From: Craspedostauros australis
Taxonomy: Eukaryota
NCBI GenBank assembly: GCA_030167865.1
Contig: JALAGF010005819.1
Location: 1 to 44,368, forward strand
Reading direction: 5' to 3'
DNA length: 44,368 nt
In this document: piece by piece, positions 11,511 through 24,165 of the stretch
How the letters are laid out: the number at the start of each line of letters is the position of its first letter
How positions within the stretch are numbered: position 1 is the first letter of the stretch
Position numbers and translations under genes: made by a program
The notes under the pieces: generated by a model
Seen by the model: only the letters and a program-made list of their open reading frames with translations
What the model was told of the DNA's origin: nothing
The model's database searches: none

Positions 11511-12819
11511 CTTTGGTAATGATGCTTCTGCTGTTATGGTCAGGATAGCTTGAATTTCAGATGGGCAGTCTGCTTTCGCGGTGGTTGCGAATGATGGTCA
11601 GCTTGTAAGACTGTAGTATTTGTAATGATTGTTGGCTGCTGGCTGTTGGTTGGCGATAATTCTGAAATCTGTTGGTCGGCTGTTGTTATGACAGACAGCG
11701 TTGCTATTCAAAGCAACAGATGAAGAGATGTCGAATCGAATCGATGAAGTTTCATGGGATGTCTGTGAAGAGTCCTGTGGTATTGCCGTTGTTGTTGCGA
11801 GACGGCAAATGGCTGAACACTTCTGATCACTCAAGTGAAGTACGAGTATGGCAAGGAGACACGTGATGGTCTGTCAGAGAGTGGAGAGTGTCGCGCAGTG
11901 GTTGGTTGGTGTTTGCCGCGAGGAGTTATCTGTGCGCTTTTCGCCTTGATTTGGCAAAGGAAAGTCGCTCGAGGTTATCGTTGTGATGCTTGGCTGCAAG
12001 GCTTGGCTGCGATGCTCCACAACAACACGCGCAAAGAGAGAAAACTCAGCACAACCGACACACTCCGTCCACAACGAAGGAAAGACCATTCACAGTGTGT
12101 TTGCCCATCGTCGAAAGTGGATGCGAAACGTTGAATCAGCGGAAATAGACACAACTCAGACATCCTGTTTGCTATGACTGGCTGGTGTACATAGAAAGAC
12201 GACTTCCCGTTGACAACTGTTCGGGCCTCCCCAATTAACAAGTCGAAGCGCACCCAAGACAGAATTGTATCAACCAAGACATGATTTGTCCGTCGGAGAA
12301 ATTGAGGCTCTGGGCACCATTTCATCACGGAAACAGCCAAGCCCACACGAGAGTTCCTCTGTGGCCAGCATCCAAGACTTTGGCCAGTCGGTGCCAGTTG
12401 CAACCTCTTTTCGTTGCATTCGCGCATCGCAAAAAGGACACTCTGCAGTCATGCTGAGTTGATGCGATTGTGTTCGTCCAAGTCCTCTGATCTCTGCAGA
12501 AAGTACGTTCGTCTTGTTGAGGTGACACTGACAATCAGGACAAGATCGCCACCACGCCATTCCTGACACCATCAGCAACAACGGAACAAAGATGGATCCA
12601 TTTGCGATCCTTTTGCCATCCAACTACCATCTCTCATTGTGCAGAAGTGAAACCACAGCACACACTACCTATTACACCACCCAACAAGACAACATCGATC
12701 ACCTGCCCACCGCACTCGTGTCCCGTGCATATCATACAATCCCAATACTGCCACGCTTGCACTGCACTCCAATAGAAGTCCTCTGTCGACGCAACAATTC
12801 CACCATCGCAGAACACTCA

Positions 12820-13560
12820 ATGAAGCTTATCAGCATCTTCGTGGCCATCGCGCCTTTCCTTTCCTCCGCCGGTGCGTTCTCGGCACGTGCCCCACGACGC
12901 CAGATCGGAACTGCCCTGCAGGCCTGCAACGGGAGAGCAGATGACGCGGTCGCAGCCACCAGCAAGCATGCCAAGATGCCATCGTTCCTTTCCTTCTTGG
13001 CCAAGACGGCCGCGACGACCGCATTAATCGGATCCCTCACCTTGGCCGGCGACGCTGCATTCGCGGACACCGGCGCCAGCACCAGCGCCAACGCCAAGAT
13101 CACCACGGGCGGCGCATCCACGCTGCAATCCGGCAGGACCATCGCCATCACGCGCGGCGTCAACCTCGACGGCAGCGACTTCTCGGGACAGAACCTGCGC
13201 GGCGTCGCCTTCCAGCAGAGCATCGTGCGCGACACCAACTTCAAGGGATCCAACCTGTACGGCGCCAGCTTCTTCGACGCCACGCTGGACGGATCCAACT
13301 TTGCGGATGCCGACATGTCGCTGTGCAACATCGAGATGGCGCAATTCAACCGCGCCAACCTGCACAACACCGTCTTGCGCGAGATGTACGTGTCGGGCGC
13401 CACCCTCTTCGAAGGCATCAAGGACATCGAGGGCAGCGACTGGACCGACACGTATTTGCGCAAGGATCAGCAGAAGTACCTGTGCAACCACCCAACCGCC
13501 AAGGGCACCAACCCAGTCACCGGCGTGGATACCCGAGAGAGTTTGATGTGCAAGGACTAA
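12820..13560 (+). CDS. Thylakoid-lumen pentapeptide-repeat protein, 246 aa
   Basis: ATG at 12820. Signal peptide ends SAGA|F, followed by a transit peptide and a second hydrophobic lumen signal ending AAFA|D. It has A(D/N)LxX-type pentapeptides (NLDGSDFSGQNLRG, NFKGSNLYGASF, NFADADMS) and the C-terminal LC…GTNPVTGVDTRESLMC motif of lumenal pentapeptide proteins. Confidence 0.9.
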   Translation: MKLISIFVAIAPFLSSAGAFSARAPRRQIGTALQACNGRADDAVAATSKHAKMPSFLSFLAKTAATTALIGSLTLAGDAAFADTGASTSANAKITTGGASTLQSGRTIAITRGVNLDGSDFSGQNLRGVAFQQSIVRDTNFKGSNLYGASFFDATLDGSNFADADMSLCNIEMAQFNRANLHNTVLREMYVSGATLFEGIKDIEGSDWTDTYLRKDQQKYLCNHPTAKGTNPVTGVDTRESLMCKD

Positions 13561-14000
13561 AGAGGTTTGAAGGGCGGAACTCTGCTACAGCGGTTGAAGG
13601 TTTGGCGGTGTCTTGAGTCGGGTAGGGTGATGTCTTGATCGTCTCCGTACGAGGACACGTGTGGTATCAGTACTGCTACACTGATGAATTGAGGCCCGTG
13701 GTAGTCCGAGCATGGCGATGTATGAACAAGCTGTCCATCACGAACACATGCAGTAACAATCATGCCGCACGAGTACGGCCACGTACGCACAAGCATCAGG
13801 CTGGTGATAACCTCAGTAAGCCAACGAAGTCACACTGCTGCTATCACACACATGTTTATAGTATGCAGAAGCCGTCTGCTCCGCTCTGTCGCGTGCGATC
13901 TCAGCAATCTAAAAGGGCACACTGCTGTAAATCGTTCACGAAGCGCTCTACGAGCACTCTGAATGAATTCATAACGACACCAAACATTGATTGATTCATT

Positions 14001-17000
14001 TTATTTGTGCATGGGGCAGCCTGTCTGTCCATCATTCTTGCCCGAAGGATTCGTCGCGCTGCCTTGTGTGGAGATCTCCTCGGCGGATGCAAAGGACTGG
14101 CCGTTGGCATTCAGTCCGCGCTTCAGGTGCTGCTGTTCCCACCAACCGCCGGATTCTGGGATTGCGTCGTCGTCTTCTACACGCTTCACCTTCATGTTCA
14201 GTCCGTTCATGGTGTGGATAGTGGCGCCAGTCTGCATGCCGACATCTTCTGGGCTGCCGTCGAATGCAAAATCGAACTTCTTCAACACCATGGACTGAAG
14301 TTCCAACAAAGGAACAAATGATGTCAACACAGAAATGTATCACATGCATGGTGCAGAGTGTGAGGCTTTGTCATCTTGTAATCGCCACAGCGATACCATA
14401 CACTTCCCTCACACAATGCGCGCACACGAAACCAAACCAAGCCAAGTTGAATCGAATCCAACCCAACGCAACAAGCAAAACTTACCATCGTGACAGTCGC
14501 CTCAAGCATGGCAAATTGGTCCCCAACGCATTTGCGCGAGCCGCCGCCGAACGGGAGGAAAGCAAAGTCGGTTGCCTGCTCGTTGGGGTACAGGCCGGAT
14601 ACGCGGTCGGGATCAAATCCCTGCCAACCTTTCACCATGCCGTTGGTGAATTTGCGCTCGAACCGGGTGGGGTCGAAGGTTTCTGGATTCTCCCACAATT
14701 CTGGACTGCGATGCAGATTCCAGGTCGACACGAAGATGTCGGTTCCTCTCAGTATCTTGATGCCATCCTTCATCTCAGAGCTGCCTTGTGGCAAATTGTC
14801 TTCGCTGCGCGCTCGTCGGATGAGGACTGGCGGCTCTGGGTACAGTCGCAACGACTCCACGAGGGCATGACGGAGCTTCTTCATCGCAACAACATCGTCA
14901 TAATCTGGACGTTCCTTGCCGGCAAGAACGGTGCGCACTTCGTTCTGAATCTCCTTCAGCATCCCAGGATCGCCCTGGTACAGCTCGAACAGCGTCCACG
15001 TGAGCATCGCCGCGGTCGTTTCTGTGCGACATGTTGTGTGGGAGCATGGTATTGTCGCGTAGAGTACGAGTATGGCAACATTAATTGAATCGAGCGTCAT
15101 GTTGTTTCGGTCGCGCCCAAAGTATTCATGTGATGGAAACGACGACGACAGTTCACTCGTGAGATGGGCATGGTATGCACAACTGAAATGATCGGCCCAA
15201 CCGTACACACAGCAAATGCTCACTCTCGATCTCATTCTCATGCGCATATACGCATATTGTCATCTTCAATGGACACGAAATCGAAACCAACACCGCATTG
15301 CCATCATGTTGCATTACACTGCCCCATGCATGCCTTCGACTTACCGTGCCCCGCGATCAGCATGGTCATCAAATCATCTCTCAGCACCATCGACGACAAA
15401 TCCTCTCCGCGCATGTCGACGAGGAAACGCAGCAAGGATGGATCTTCCGAATTGTCACGTTCCTCCAGCTCTTCCACGGTCGCTTCCTTGCGCGTGGACA
15501 CGGCTTCGTTGATGAGATCGGCAAGGATGTCATCGAGCATGGTCATGTCTCGGCGGAACTCCACCTGACCTCCCATCCATTGGTCGGCGTAAGGGAGATT
15601 CCAGTAGGGGATGAAGGAGGAGGACCTGTGCTCGGCCTCACGCAGGACGCGGTAGACGGCCTTGACGATGGGCGATTCGTTGGTGACGGAACCGAAATCG
15701 TAGTTGAAGACCGCCTTGCCGATGATGTCGAGCGTGACGGAGCAGAACCGTTCCTCCATGTCCAAGACTTTCCCATTCTTTTTGTCCAAATCGTCGCAAA
15801 GAATCTCCGCTCGTTCATTGAACAACGTGACCATGCGGTTCAACCATCGTTTGTGAAATCCTGGCACGACGGCTCGTCGTCGTACCTGTTGGGGCACGGA
15901 ATATGGAAAGATGGAATGTCATATGGAGTGTAACAGTATTGATGAATCACCCGTGCGGTATGGTATTGAGCAGCATGGTACGATATGTGACACAGCAAAT
16001 TGATGTGATTGTTGACCCCATCCAATGCAAATGCAAATACAATAAGATTGGGTGAGTGAATGATGGTGCAAGTGGCGGTTGGGTCATTGTCTGCGTGATT
16101 CCCGTCGCCATCAATCAATGTTGCAATGTGACCGAGACCCAACTACCATCCTCCAAAGCAAACGGCATGCACATGCACACGTGTGGATAGCACTTACACG
16201 CCACGTGACTGGATCAGCAGGAATCAATCCTTTCCCCATGATGGGTTCCAAGATTTCTGCCAGCATTCCCTTGCAGTACTGATCGGGCGATGCCGTGCGC
16301 AGAATGTGCTTGGCCATGACGGGATCGGAAATGACGAGGAAGGCCTTGGGACCGAAACTGAGATTGAAGATGGGACCGTAATCCTTGAAGTACTTGGCCA
16401 GCAGGAGGAAGAGGGGACCGCCAGCAAGGGTCTGGAGATCACCGCCCAGAGCGCCTTTGATGAAGGAGAAAAAGGAACCTTCGTACTTTTGGATGACCGC
16501 CGTTGGCACGGACGCCATTCCCAGCGCGGATCCCAATCCCAAGGCCGATGCGATGTTGGCCATCGTGAGGACCACGACGTCGAGAAGGCCGACGGGGCTG
16601 GGCGCATCGTTCTTGGACATGAGTCGTTGCTTCGTGACGAGGAAGTCGAGGACGGACGGCTGTCGCACCCAGCTTCCATCCTCGCGCAGACGCAATCCGG
16701 CAAAGTAGCGTCGCATCTTTTCGATCTCCCAATCGAATCCCTTCTGACGGGCGGGATCTTCATCCCAGGCATTGATGAGATTGGATTCGTAGGTGGACGT
16801 GTCGAGGAGCTGGATCTTGTCACGCCGGTTTGGAATGCCGCGTCCTTTGACCTTCATCCTTTCAGGGTACGCCGATTTGGACTTGTCACGTGTGTCCACG
16901 TCGATATCTCGTTCCAGGTCGGAGGAGACGAAGCGTTGCGTGCTTGTGACGGCGGCCGTGAACTCCGGCATTGTGACCAACGAGGGTCCCATCCGATTGG

Positions 17001-17076
17001 CCGGTACGAAGGCATCGATCTCAACGGTGGCCGATGCCAGTACCAGCAGCAGGCTGCAAGCGACACTGAGCTTCAT
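14001..17076 (-). CDS. CYP97B: Cytochrome P450 CYP97 family (carotenoid hydroxylase-like, CYP97B clade), 4 exons, 749 aa
   Basis: Exons 17076-16198, 15885-15345, 15021-14486 and 14294-14001 are joined by GT-AG introns in continuous frame. Motifs: KGMLAEILEPIMGKGLIPAD, DDLMTMLIAGHETTAA, ESLRLYPEPP and heme-binding FGGGSRKCVGDQFA. Plastid presequence IDA|FVP. Confidence 0.93.
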
Positions 17077-17263
17077 ACTGATGGGGCGATGAACGAGCGT
17101 TCACAAAGAAGAGAGTGTTGGTTGATGAGAATTGATTGAGCAGAAATCAGGAGCTGCCGTCTATTCGTGCGTCGCTTGGTCGGCGTGATGTGTGCTTGGA
17201 TGCGAGAGCACAGTCACAAGTGAGGGCGCTTGTGTGGTGCGATGGAGGAGTTTGTTCCAAATC

Positions 17264-17285
17264 CTCTCTCTCTCTCTCTCTCTCT
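17264..17285. repeat. (CT)n microsatellite upstream of CYP97
   Basis: ctctctctctctctctctctct. Confidence 0.8.
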
Positions 17286-18971
17286 TGTTTGAAATGCGCA
17301 CTTGTTCAGTCTGACGTCTTTTGATGGCTCTCGAGATTCCGATTGATGGGTGTGTACGATCGTCAGAACAGGAAGAAGAAGAATCGTTGCAGGTGACTCG
17401 TTGAGAGTGCTTGCAAAAGCAGAGTAAGAGGATTGGCAGGATTCCGATTGGTTCTTCTACCAGCAGACCGAGGGACTCTCGTTCATCCAATCTCAGCACC
17501 AACGATGGTGATGATAGCAACGGTGATGATGTCGGTGGTGGTGGTGATCAGTGATGTTGCGGGTATCGACTGAGATTGTGGCGCTGATGGTGGCTATGAT
17601 GTGGAGAGTCGCGATTGGCTGCAGGGTGCAAAAACCGAACAACCAGCCGCAAAGGAGGAAACAACGGGTGAGAAAGCCATGCGCGTGTGCGTTCGTTGGA
17701 CGAGTTCTTGATGGGTTGTGTCGTTGCGCGTAGTTTTCTCGCGTTGTTTGGAAGATCGCCAATGACCCGGACGTTCAACAACCAATCAAAAACTCATGGG
17801 CGCTCAACGCGTGACACGCGTCGACGACAAACCAACGAGATAACAACACCTCTCCACTCTCGGTGGACGTGTGACACTTCAACTACGAAATGTTGAACAT
17901 CGGGATCACTTTCACCCACGCAACACGCGAATGAGAACCACCCACCAACAGGAGGCGCAATTCCTGCCGACCCGCAAAACAGATGTTGCTTCACCAATGG
18001 TTCCCAAACATGCCGCAGAACATGGAGGTCGCTACGACTATTGTTCTGTCTTGCTATCTACCCTCGTTTGCATTCACAACTGTGGCGACGATCAGCATCT
18101 TCGCCTTTCAGCTGCGGGAGCACAGTAGAGTACGATCTGGAGTGCTAGTTGGAGCAATCCCATTGGAGTATAGGCGTCACAAATCCGATCCTTCGTCACC
18201 ACCTCGCCCCATTCCCACCGATCTCGGAGTTCGGAAAGCGTTCCATCCTTGGGATACAGGTTGCGGATGGTGCCTCTGCACACGTCGCTCGCCCGATTGC
18301 CCACCGTATCCAGCGCACGCGTCCGGCGCACGATATCTTCAACCCTTCTCTTCCGTTTCAGTACGATTGCTCCGCCGATACAAGTGCACCATCATGCAAC
18401 GAGAACCGCAAAATGCGCTCTTCAACCAACTATCAACAACCATGTCGAGCCTCCGATGCCTACAACGCTCCTGATGCCGCCTTCAAGTGACCAATCGACG
18501 AGCTCGGCACTCTCTCTTGATTCGTTTCTTTGGGAATCGCAAATCGTGACTCATCTGACTATCACCCGTGACTTTCAATCATGAATCAGACGTGAATGGA
18601 AACACTGACAAAGTACCTTAGCTACAAGTGTCCTTCAACTTGGCTCAACTCAACATGCATCGCATTTGGCTCAATTATCAGCATTGGAAGACGGTGCCAG
18701 AGGCGATGACGTTCCTAGCAGGAGCGGTTGATGTCGAAGGACCCTGCTTCACCTCACATGGGATACTAGAGAGACGCGTAGTACGAGTATGTATTCATGA
18801 AAGCAGTATCAGCACGGTTCCTAAAACCTGTTACTCTCTCGAGCAGCGCAGAGCCACGGATCTACTCTGCGAGCTAGTCCGCTCTATTCGCTATGCAGTT
18901 GATGCTGCGCTGTGACCTCTTGTATTGTGCGCCGTGCAAGTTGCTGCACTATGCTCTCATTGGCACACATT

Positions 18972-21035
18972 CTAAGTCTGGTCGGACTCGAAGTCCTTTG
19001 GCAGCCAGTCCATCATCTTGTTGATGGCCTTGTTCAGTCCGTTCTTCTCGACCATACGACGTTCGTCTCCGCGCCATTCCTCATTGTCATCCCAAGTGAA
19101 CCACGACACGGCGTGGTATCGGTCGCCCTGGAAGACGTCGCGTCCGTGCAGGGCGCGGTAGTTGTCCACCAGCAGAACATCACCGGGTTCCATGGCGAGC
19201 GCCGTGATGTGCTTCTCGCTGGCGCGCTTGATCTCGTTGCAATCCTCCAGGCTCAGTGGCTCCATGGTATCGGCGTAGAAAACCTCGGTCATGCCGACCT
19301 CTGGCACGCCGCATGGACGGCGGTCCCGCAGCTTGCGCGCGTGGTTGTGAGCATTGTTGAACCACACGGGCACGCCTGTGACTGGGTGTCGGTTGATGGG
19401 AGACTCGGCGATCTCGACGGCCTGCAGACGACCCGGCTTGCCATCCTGCTCGTACATCATCTCGAGGTCCATGTCGAACTTGGGTGCGACGGCGGCATCG
19501 ACGAGGTTCTTGACCCCGTCCTTGAGCATGCCCGGAAGGGCGGGTGGGAGATCGAGGTTGCTGACGGAGATGCGGATCTCGCGCTGGTACAGCTTCTTGA
19601 GGAGCTCGGTGTCGAGCTCGGCGAGGATGGCGGCACCGTCTGCGACGAGGAAACGTCCGCCGCCCTCGGTGGCCTTCTGGAAGCACACGAAGGCGGCGTA
19701 AGCGGCGGTGCGCTTGGTGGTGGACTCGCTGTGGAGGCCGATGTAGTGTCCGCGCAGAGATGGCTTGTTGACCTCCTCGTAGAGGGCGTCGCGCTCCGAA
19801 GAGAACTTGCGCAGACCGGAGGAATGCAGAGGATCGAGGCATGGGTCGAGGCCGAGGGACTCGTACATCTCACGGTGTCCCTTGACGGACTTCATGAGAT
19901 CGAAACCGCGGAACCAGATGGCACCATACTTCAAGAGCTCGGAGCGGATCTTGTCCTTGTTCTCGACGAAGTAGGCGGCGCCCTTCTCGTTGTCACCCTT
20001 CTTGGCACGGATCTCCAACGGGCAGTGCGGCATCTTGGCTGCCTCGCGCTGGGCTTTGACGACGTCAATTCTGCAGGTGATGAACGATATAGAATACGTA
20101 GATTATACGAGAGAGCATGTCACAGTGTTAGAATGATGGAATTGTAGGACGCGCGTGTGTGCATGGATGTGTTTGAAAGAACATGTGAGAAAAGCGTGTG
20201 TTGTCGTATGGTACGCAGAGATTTGGCGCAGACGTGCAGGCGTGAGCACCGTACGATGATACCCCGGCGAATGGATTCCCAGCGCACGTAGATGATCCCC
20301 TCATGTCTTGTCACCAACAAAGGCATTTGCGCCAGACAAGTGCTCGTTCCTCAAAACATTCGTGAAGGTCCGCACGCACAGTGCTGACGAAACCATACGA
20401 TGTGCCACCATTTGGCACGGTATGATACCTCATCATGTGATGTGATGCGCAGCTGTTCCTCCAATTTGATAAATTTGACCAAATGCGTGCTTTCCCGAAC
20501 GTAATGTAGTGCGCCATCACCGCAATCAATCCATCAATCAATCCATGTATCACATCAAATCGTATCATTGCAACGGTGATTTTCACACCTCATTTTTTGC
20601 GTTGAGGGAAGTTGGCATTGCTTCTCTCTTGTCAAGAGCAGTGAGTCGAATGACCAAGCGAAATCGCTGATGGTCCCACTGTCGCTCCTGGTACGCAGCT
20701 CAGTGTGCGCAATGCGAGCTGCCTGATTGCTGCGTCTGCGTCAATGTTTTCGCTTACCCCTCGGAGTTCCATCGTGTCAAAGGGCATTCCCACATTCCGC
20801 TGCGATCTGGCTTGTCCATGTCGGACTCCATGTACTTGTCCGGTGTCAGACCCTCTCTGTCCTCCCATTCTGGGACCCATCCCGCACCTGGTGCCTCGCG
20901 GACCGGTGTGGAGGTCTCTGGCTCCATGGTGGATGATGCCAACGCTGTGCGTGCGCCGTGCATGGTGGTTGGCACGAAGGCGTGCGCCGTTGCCACAATA
21001 GATGCGGCAGCGAGGGCTGTGGCGGAGATCTTCAT
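18972..21035 (-). CDS. Plastid-targeted TauD/clavaminate-synthase-like Fe(II)/2-oxoglutarate dioxygenase, 2 exons, 458 aa
   Basis: Exons 21035-20758 and 20070-18972 (GG|A junction, in frame). Presequence MKISATALAAASIVATAHA|FVP. Motifs: GAIWFRGF, HxE (GLHSES), GGRFLVADG, HPVTGVPVWFN, GDVLLVDNYRALHGR. Confidence 0.88.
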
Positions 21036-21661
21036 GGTTGCGGTTGCTTTGTGTGTGCGTACGTGTGTGGATGTGTACGTGTGTCAAGCAAAGGATTCTT
21101 CCTTCTTGTCTTTGTTCTTCGTAATTGTAATTGTGGTTGTGTTGTTGCTTTCCTGTTGTCTCTGGGATGGGGATGGATTGTTGTGTTCAGTGTCGTCACG
21201 AATACACGTACCTACAACTGCTCCACAAGAACCGACAACAACGATCATCCACGCACAACAACGACAGCGACGATACGCCACGAAATTGCCCTGTGATGAA
21301 GAAGGTTGCGTGACGCAGCAGAGAAAGATACGATAGGACCCGGAAGTTGAAGTCAACAAAAACCGACTCGTGACCCATTCCATTTCTCAGACACGAGCAA
21401 TGTCAACACGCACTTTGGGGAGAAAACGCCGATCCATCGACAACAACGACCAACACATCTTCACGCAAAAGCAACGAGAACAACGACGACAACAACTACG
21501 ACAACAACGAAAGAATCCTTGGCTGGTTTGCACTCATTCATTGCAAACCGGTTCATTGTGGACACTGATCTCAAATATCTGAAGATCTGACGAGCTGAAG
21601 AAGAGGACAATTCAGACCCCGCTACTCTACTCATACTGATACTCATACTCGTACCAATATC

Positions 21662-23535
21662 ATGATGTCCCGATCATCCGTCGCTTTTGCGGCCGTGGCC
21701 ATCATGGCGCTGGCAACACAGTCATCGGCCTTCGTGCCATCGTCGTTGTCCTCGTCGACGGGAGCCGTGCACCAACAAATGAGAACGGCAACGGCAACGG
21801 CATCGTCTGCCACCGCAACATCTCTCTCCATGATGGATCCGGCCATGTTTGAGACCGCCGCTACAGCAGCATCCACATTCATGGAACAGGCGTCGTCGAC
21901 GACGTTGGCATTCACCGATCAAGGACAGAACCTCGCCGGCATCTTCTTCCAGGCATCTCTGCTGCCGTACCTGCTCTTTCTTCTCTTCCTTGGATACAAG
22001 AAGAACAACATCGATCCCATCGCCAACTTCGGCTTCCAATTCGTTCTCATCTTCGTTCTAGCAACCATTCCATCCGGAATCATCTCCAAGGCGACTTACG
22101 GAACCTCCTTGGCCAACGTGGATTGGCTGCATGGTGGTGCGGAGTGGTTGCTGACGGCTGCCAACGTGCTCATTGTAAGTCTCATGATGGAATGGTGTGT
22201 TGAGTAATTGGCTGCACTCTGGCATTCATTCATTTCTTCATTGGCGTTGGCGCTGGCGCTGGCTTGTCGTGCGCTCGGCAAGATCCGCACCGAAATGCCA
22301 CTGAGTGCTTGGACTGACAACCCCAACATGTTGCATGCGCTCACGACCATACTTGATATCTTTGCCCAACCCATTTCAAACACCATCGGCAGGTCCTCGG
22401 TCTCAAGGAATCGTCGACCAATCCAACTCCACCAGGCCCCAATCCGGGCCGCCTGTTCGCATTCGGCAGCGCCGCCGTGTTTGCTGCAGCATGCGTCATG
22501 GGACCGCAGATGGGATTTGATGCACACACACCCTTCCTGGCCGGAATCGGCGATCTGCCGGCCAACACCATGCAGAGCGTCGCACCATTCTTCCATGCCG
22601 AACCTGAAAATGCCCTGTCCGTGCCCACATGGGGCATCCACTTTTCATCCGTCATCGAATACCTCGTCGCTATGAATCTGGTGTGGCGATTCTCCGAGGT
22701 CACCGGCAACGAGAAGTGGAAGGGTCTCACGTGGGGCATGCTGCCGCTGCATGCCAGCGGTATCTGCGCCTGCACGTACCATTTCTTCTACAACCCCGCC
22801 GCGCTGCAATTCCTGGTCTCCATGCAGGCCGGACTCACCCTGTTGGGCAACGTGACGTGCGCCATTGCTGCTTTCCGTATCGCGCAGAGTAACGGATGGA
22901 CGTTGGGAGAAATGAACCCATTGTCGAAGAATGATGAAGATGCTGCTGGCGTCGCGACTGGCGGCGGCATGTCTGCCGACGGCGCCGCCGCCATGTCCTT
23001 GACGTTGAGAGAACCTGAGGAGAGCAACGCTGTCCTTGCAGCCAAGATTCTGGGATTGACCGTCTTCCTTTCGTACGCCGTCAAGTACGGTGAGCTGGGA
23101 TTGGACTTGCCATTCACACCCAACGCACCGGTGGCATTGGCAATGGTGCTGGGTATTCCAGGATTGACCGCATTCAACTTTTACCAGAAATCGCAGGCGG
23201 ATGGTGCAGGATTTCCAAACCTCATGGGCGACAACGCCCTGTCGATGGACGACGTGAAGAAGTACGGCGTGTCCGGCACTTTGGCGTACGTTCTGACGGA
23301 GCTTGCATTCTGGGCAGTTGCCTTTCCAGTCGCATCCACGGCGCTGTACCAGACGACGGGTCACTGGCCGGATGTCGTGAACGACACCGTGGACAGAGCC
23401 GCTGTCATCGGCTTCATCTTCGCCGGTGCCAACATCGCGCGCGCGTTGGTGCCGCTTCGTCTCGGAGCCGCCCTCGCGCTTGCGCCCTGGGTCGATGAGA
23501 ACATCATCAACCGCGAGGAGACTTCGCAGAATTGA
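21662..23535 (+). CDS. ycf49: Plastid membrane protein: DUF3593 + Ycf49 (DUF2499) + C-terminal DUF1279-like fusion, 2 exons, 551 aa
   Basis: Exons 21662-22174 and 22393-23535. Presequence QSSA|FVP. SLLPYLLFL…FVLATIP…SLANVDWLHGGAE is DUF3593-like, and ALSVPTWGIHFSSVIEY…GMLPLHASGICACTYHFFYN is Ycf49. KKYG…AY…PLRLGAALALAP looks DUF1279-like (less certain). Confidence 0.8.
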
Positions 23536-24165
23536 CTGGAGTAGAGCACCCTACCTGTGTAAGCGACTCTCGCATCCCCGTATGCACGCTATGTAGTTAT
23601 TGTTACACTACATTATAACACATAGATACGGGCATATAGTAGATGTGCTTTTGCTCCATGGATGAACTCGTTTGTGGCACATGGCTGAAGTGAAATAGAA
23701 GACGAGGACAGAGTAGAAAAGTCCTGCTTTGTGATACGAGCAATCGGACATACTCTTCGATGGGACGTATCGGAACTCGGGCCAATCAACCAGCCCATCA
23801 AAGAACAAAAACACCTCATGAATAAGTGGGCCGCAGAACGAGATTGGCAGTGGATGATGCAAAGAATTCTGATTATCATTGTATTATTGTGCGAGCTATG
23901 ATTCCTCGTTGTTGCTTGCATCGGCACAAGTATTGTAAAGTAAACAAACAGAGAAGATTCGAGCGGAGTAGAGCCGTACGATGGGGAGGACTCTCGGTGG
24001 TGGCGTTGCCGTGATATTCGTATGAAATGCTGGACGAGATGGCGGGTTTTGCTTTGATCGACCAGTTCCAAATCTTGCTGGCTCCGTCACAGTTTGGGTG
24101 TTGGGTGGAGTATCAACGTATTAGAATACATGGTACTCCAGAGAGTAGAGAGAGAGAGAATCGAC

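Noticed and set aside
12592..12819. Upstream in-frame extension of the pentapeptide ORF (similar extensions at 29238, 32869, 35948)
   Set aside because: Downstream ATGs give clean signal peptides or domain starts, and the extensions look like UTR.
18912..20147. Long antisense or alternate-frame ORFs (also 16183-17139, 10465-11304, 37785-38879, 29322-30092)
   Set aside because: They are shadows of GC3-rich real genes and show no recognisable motifs.
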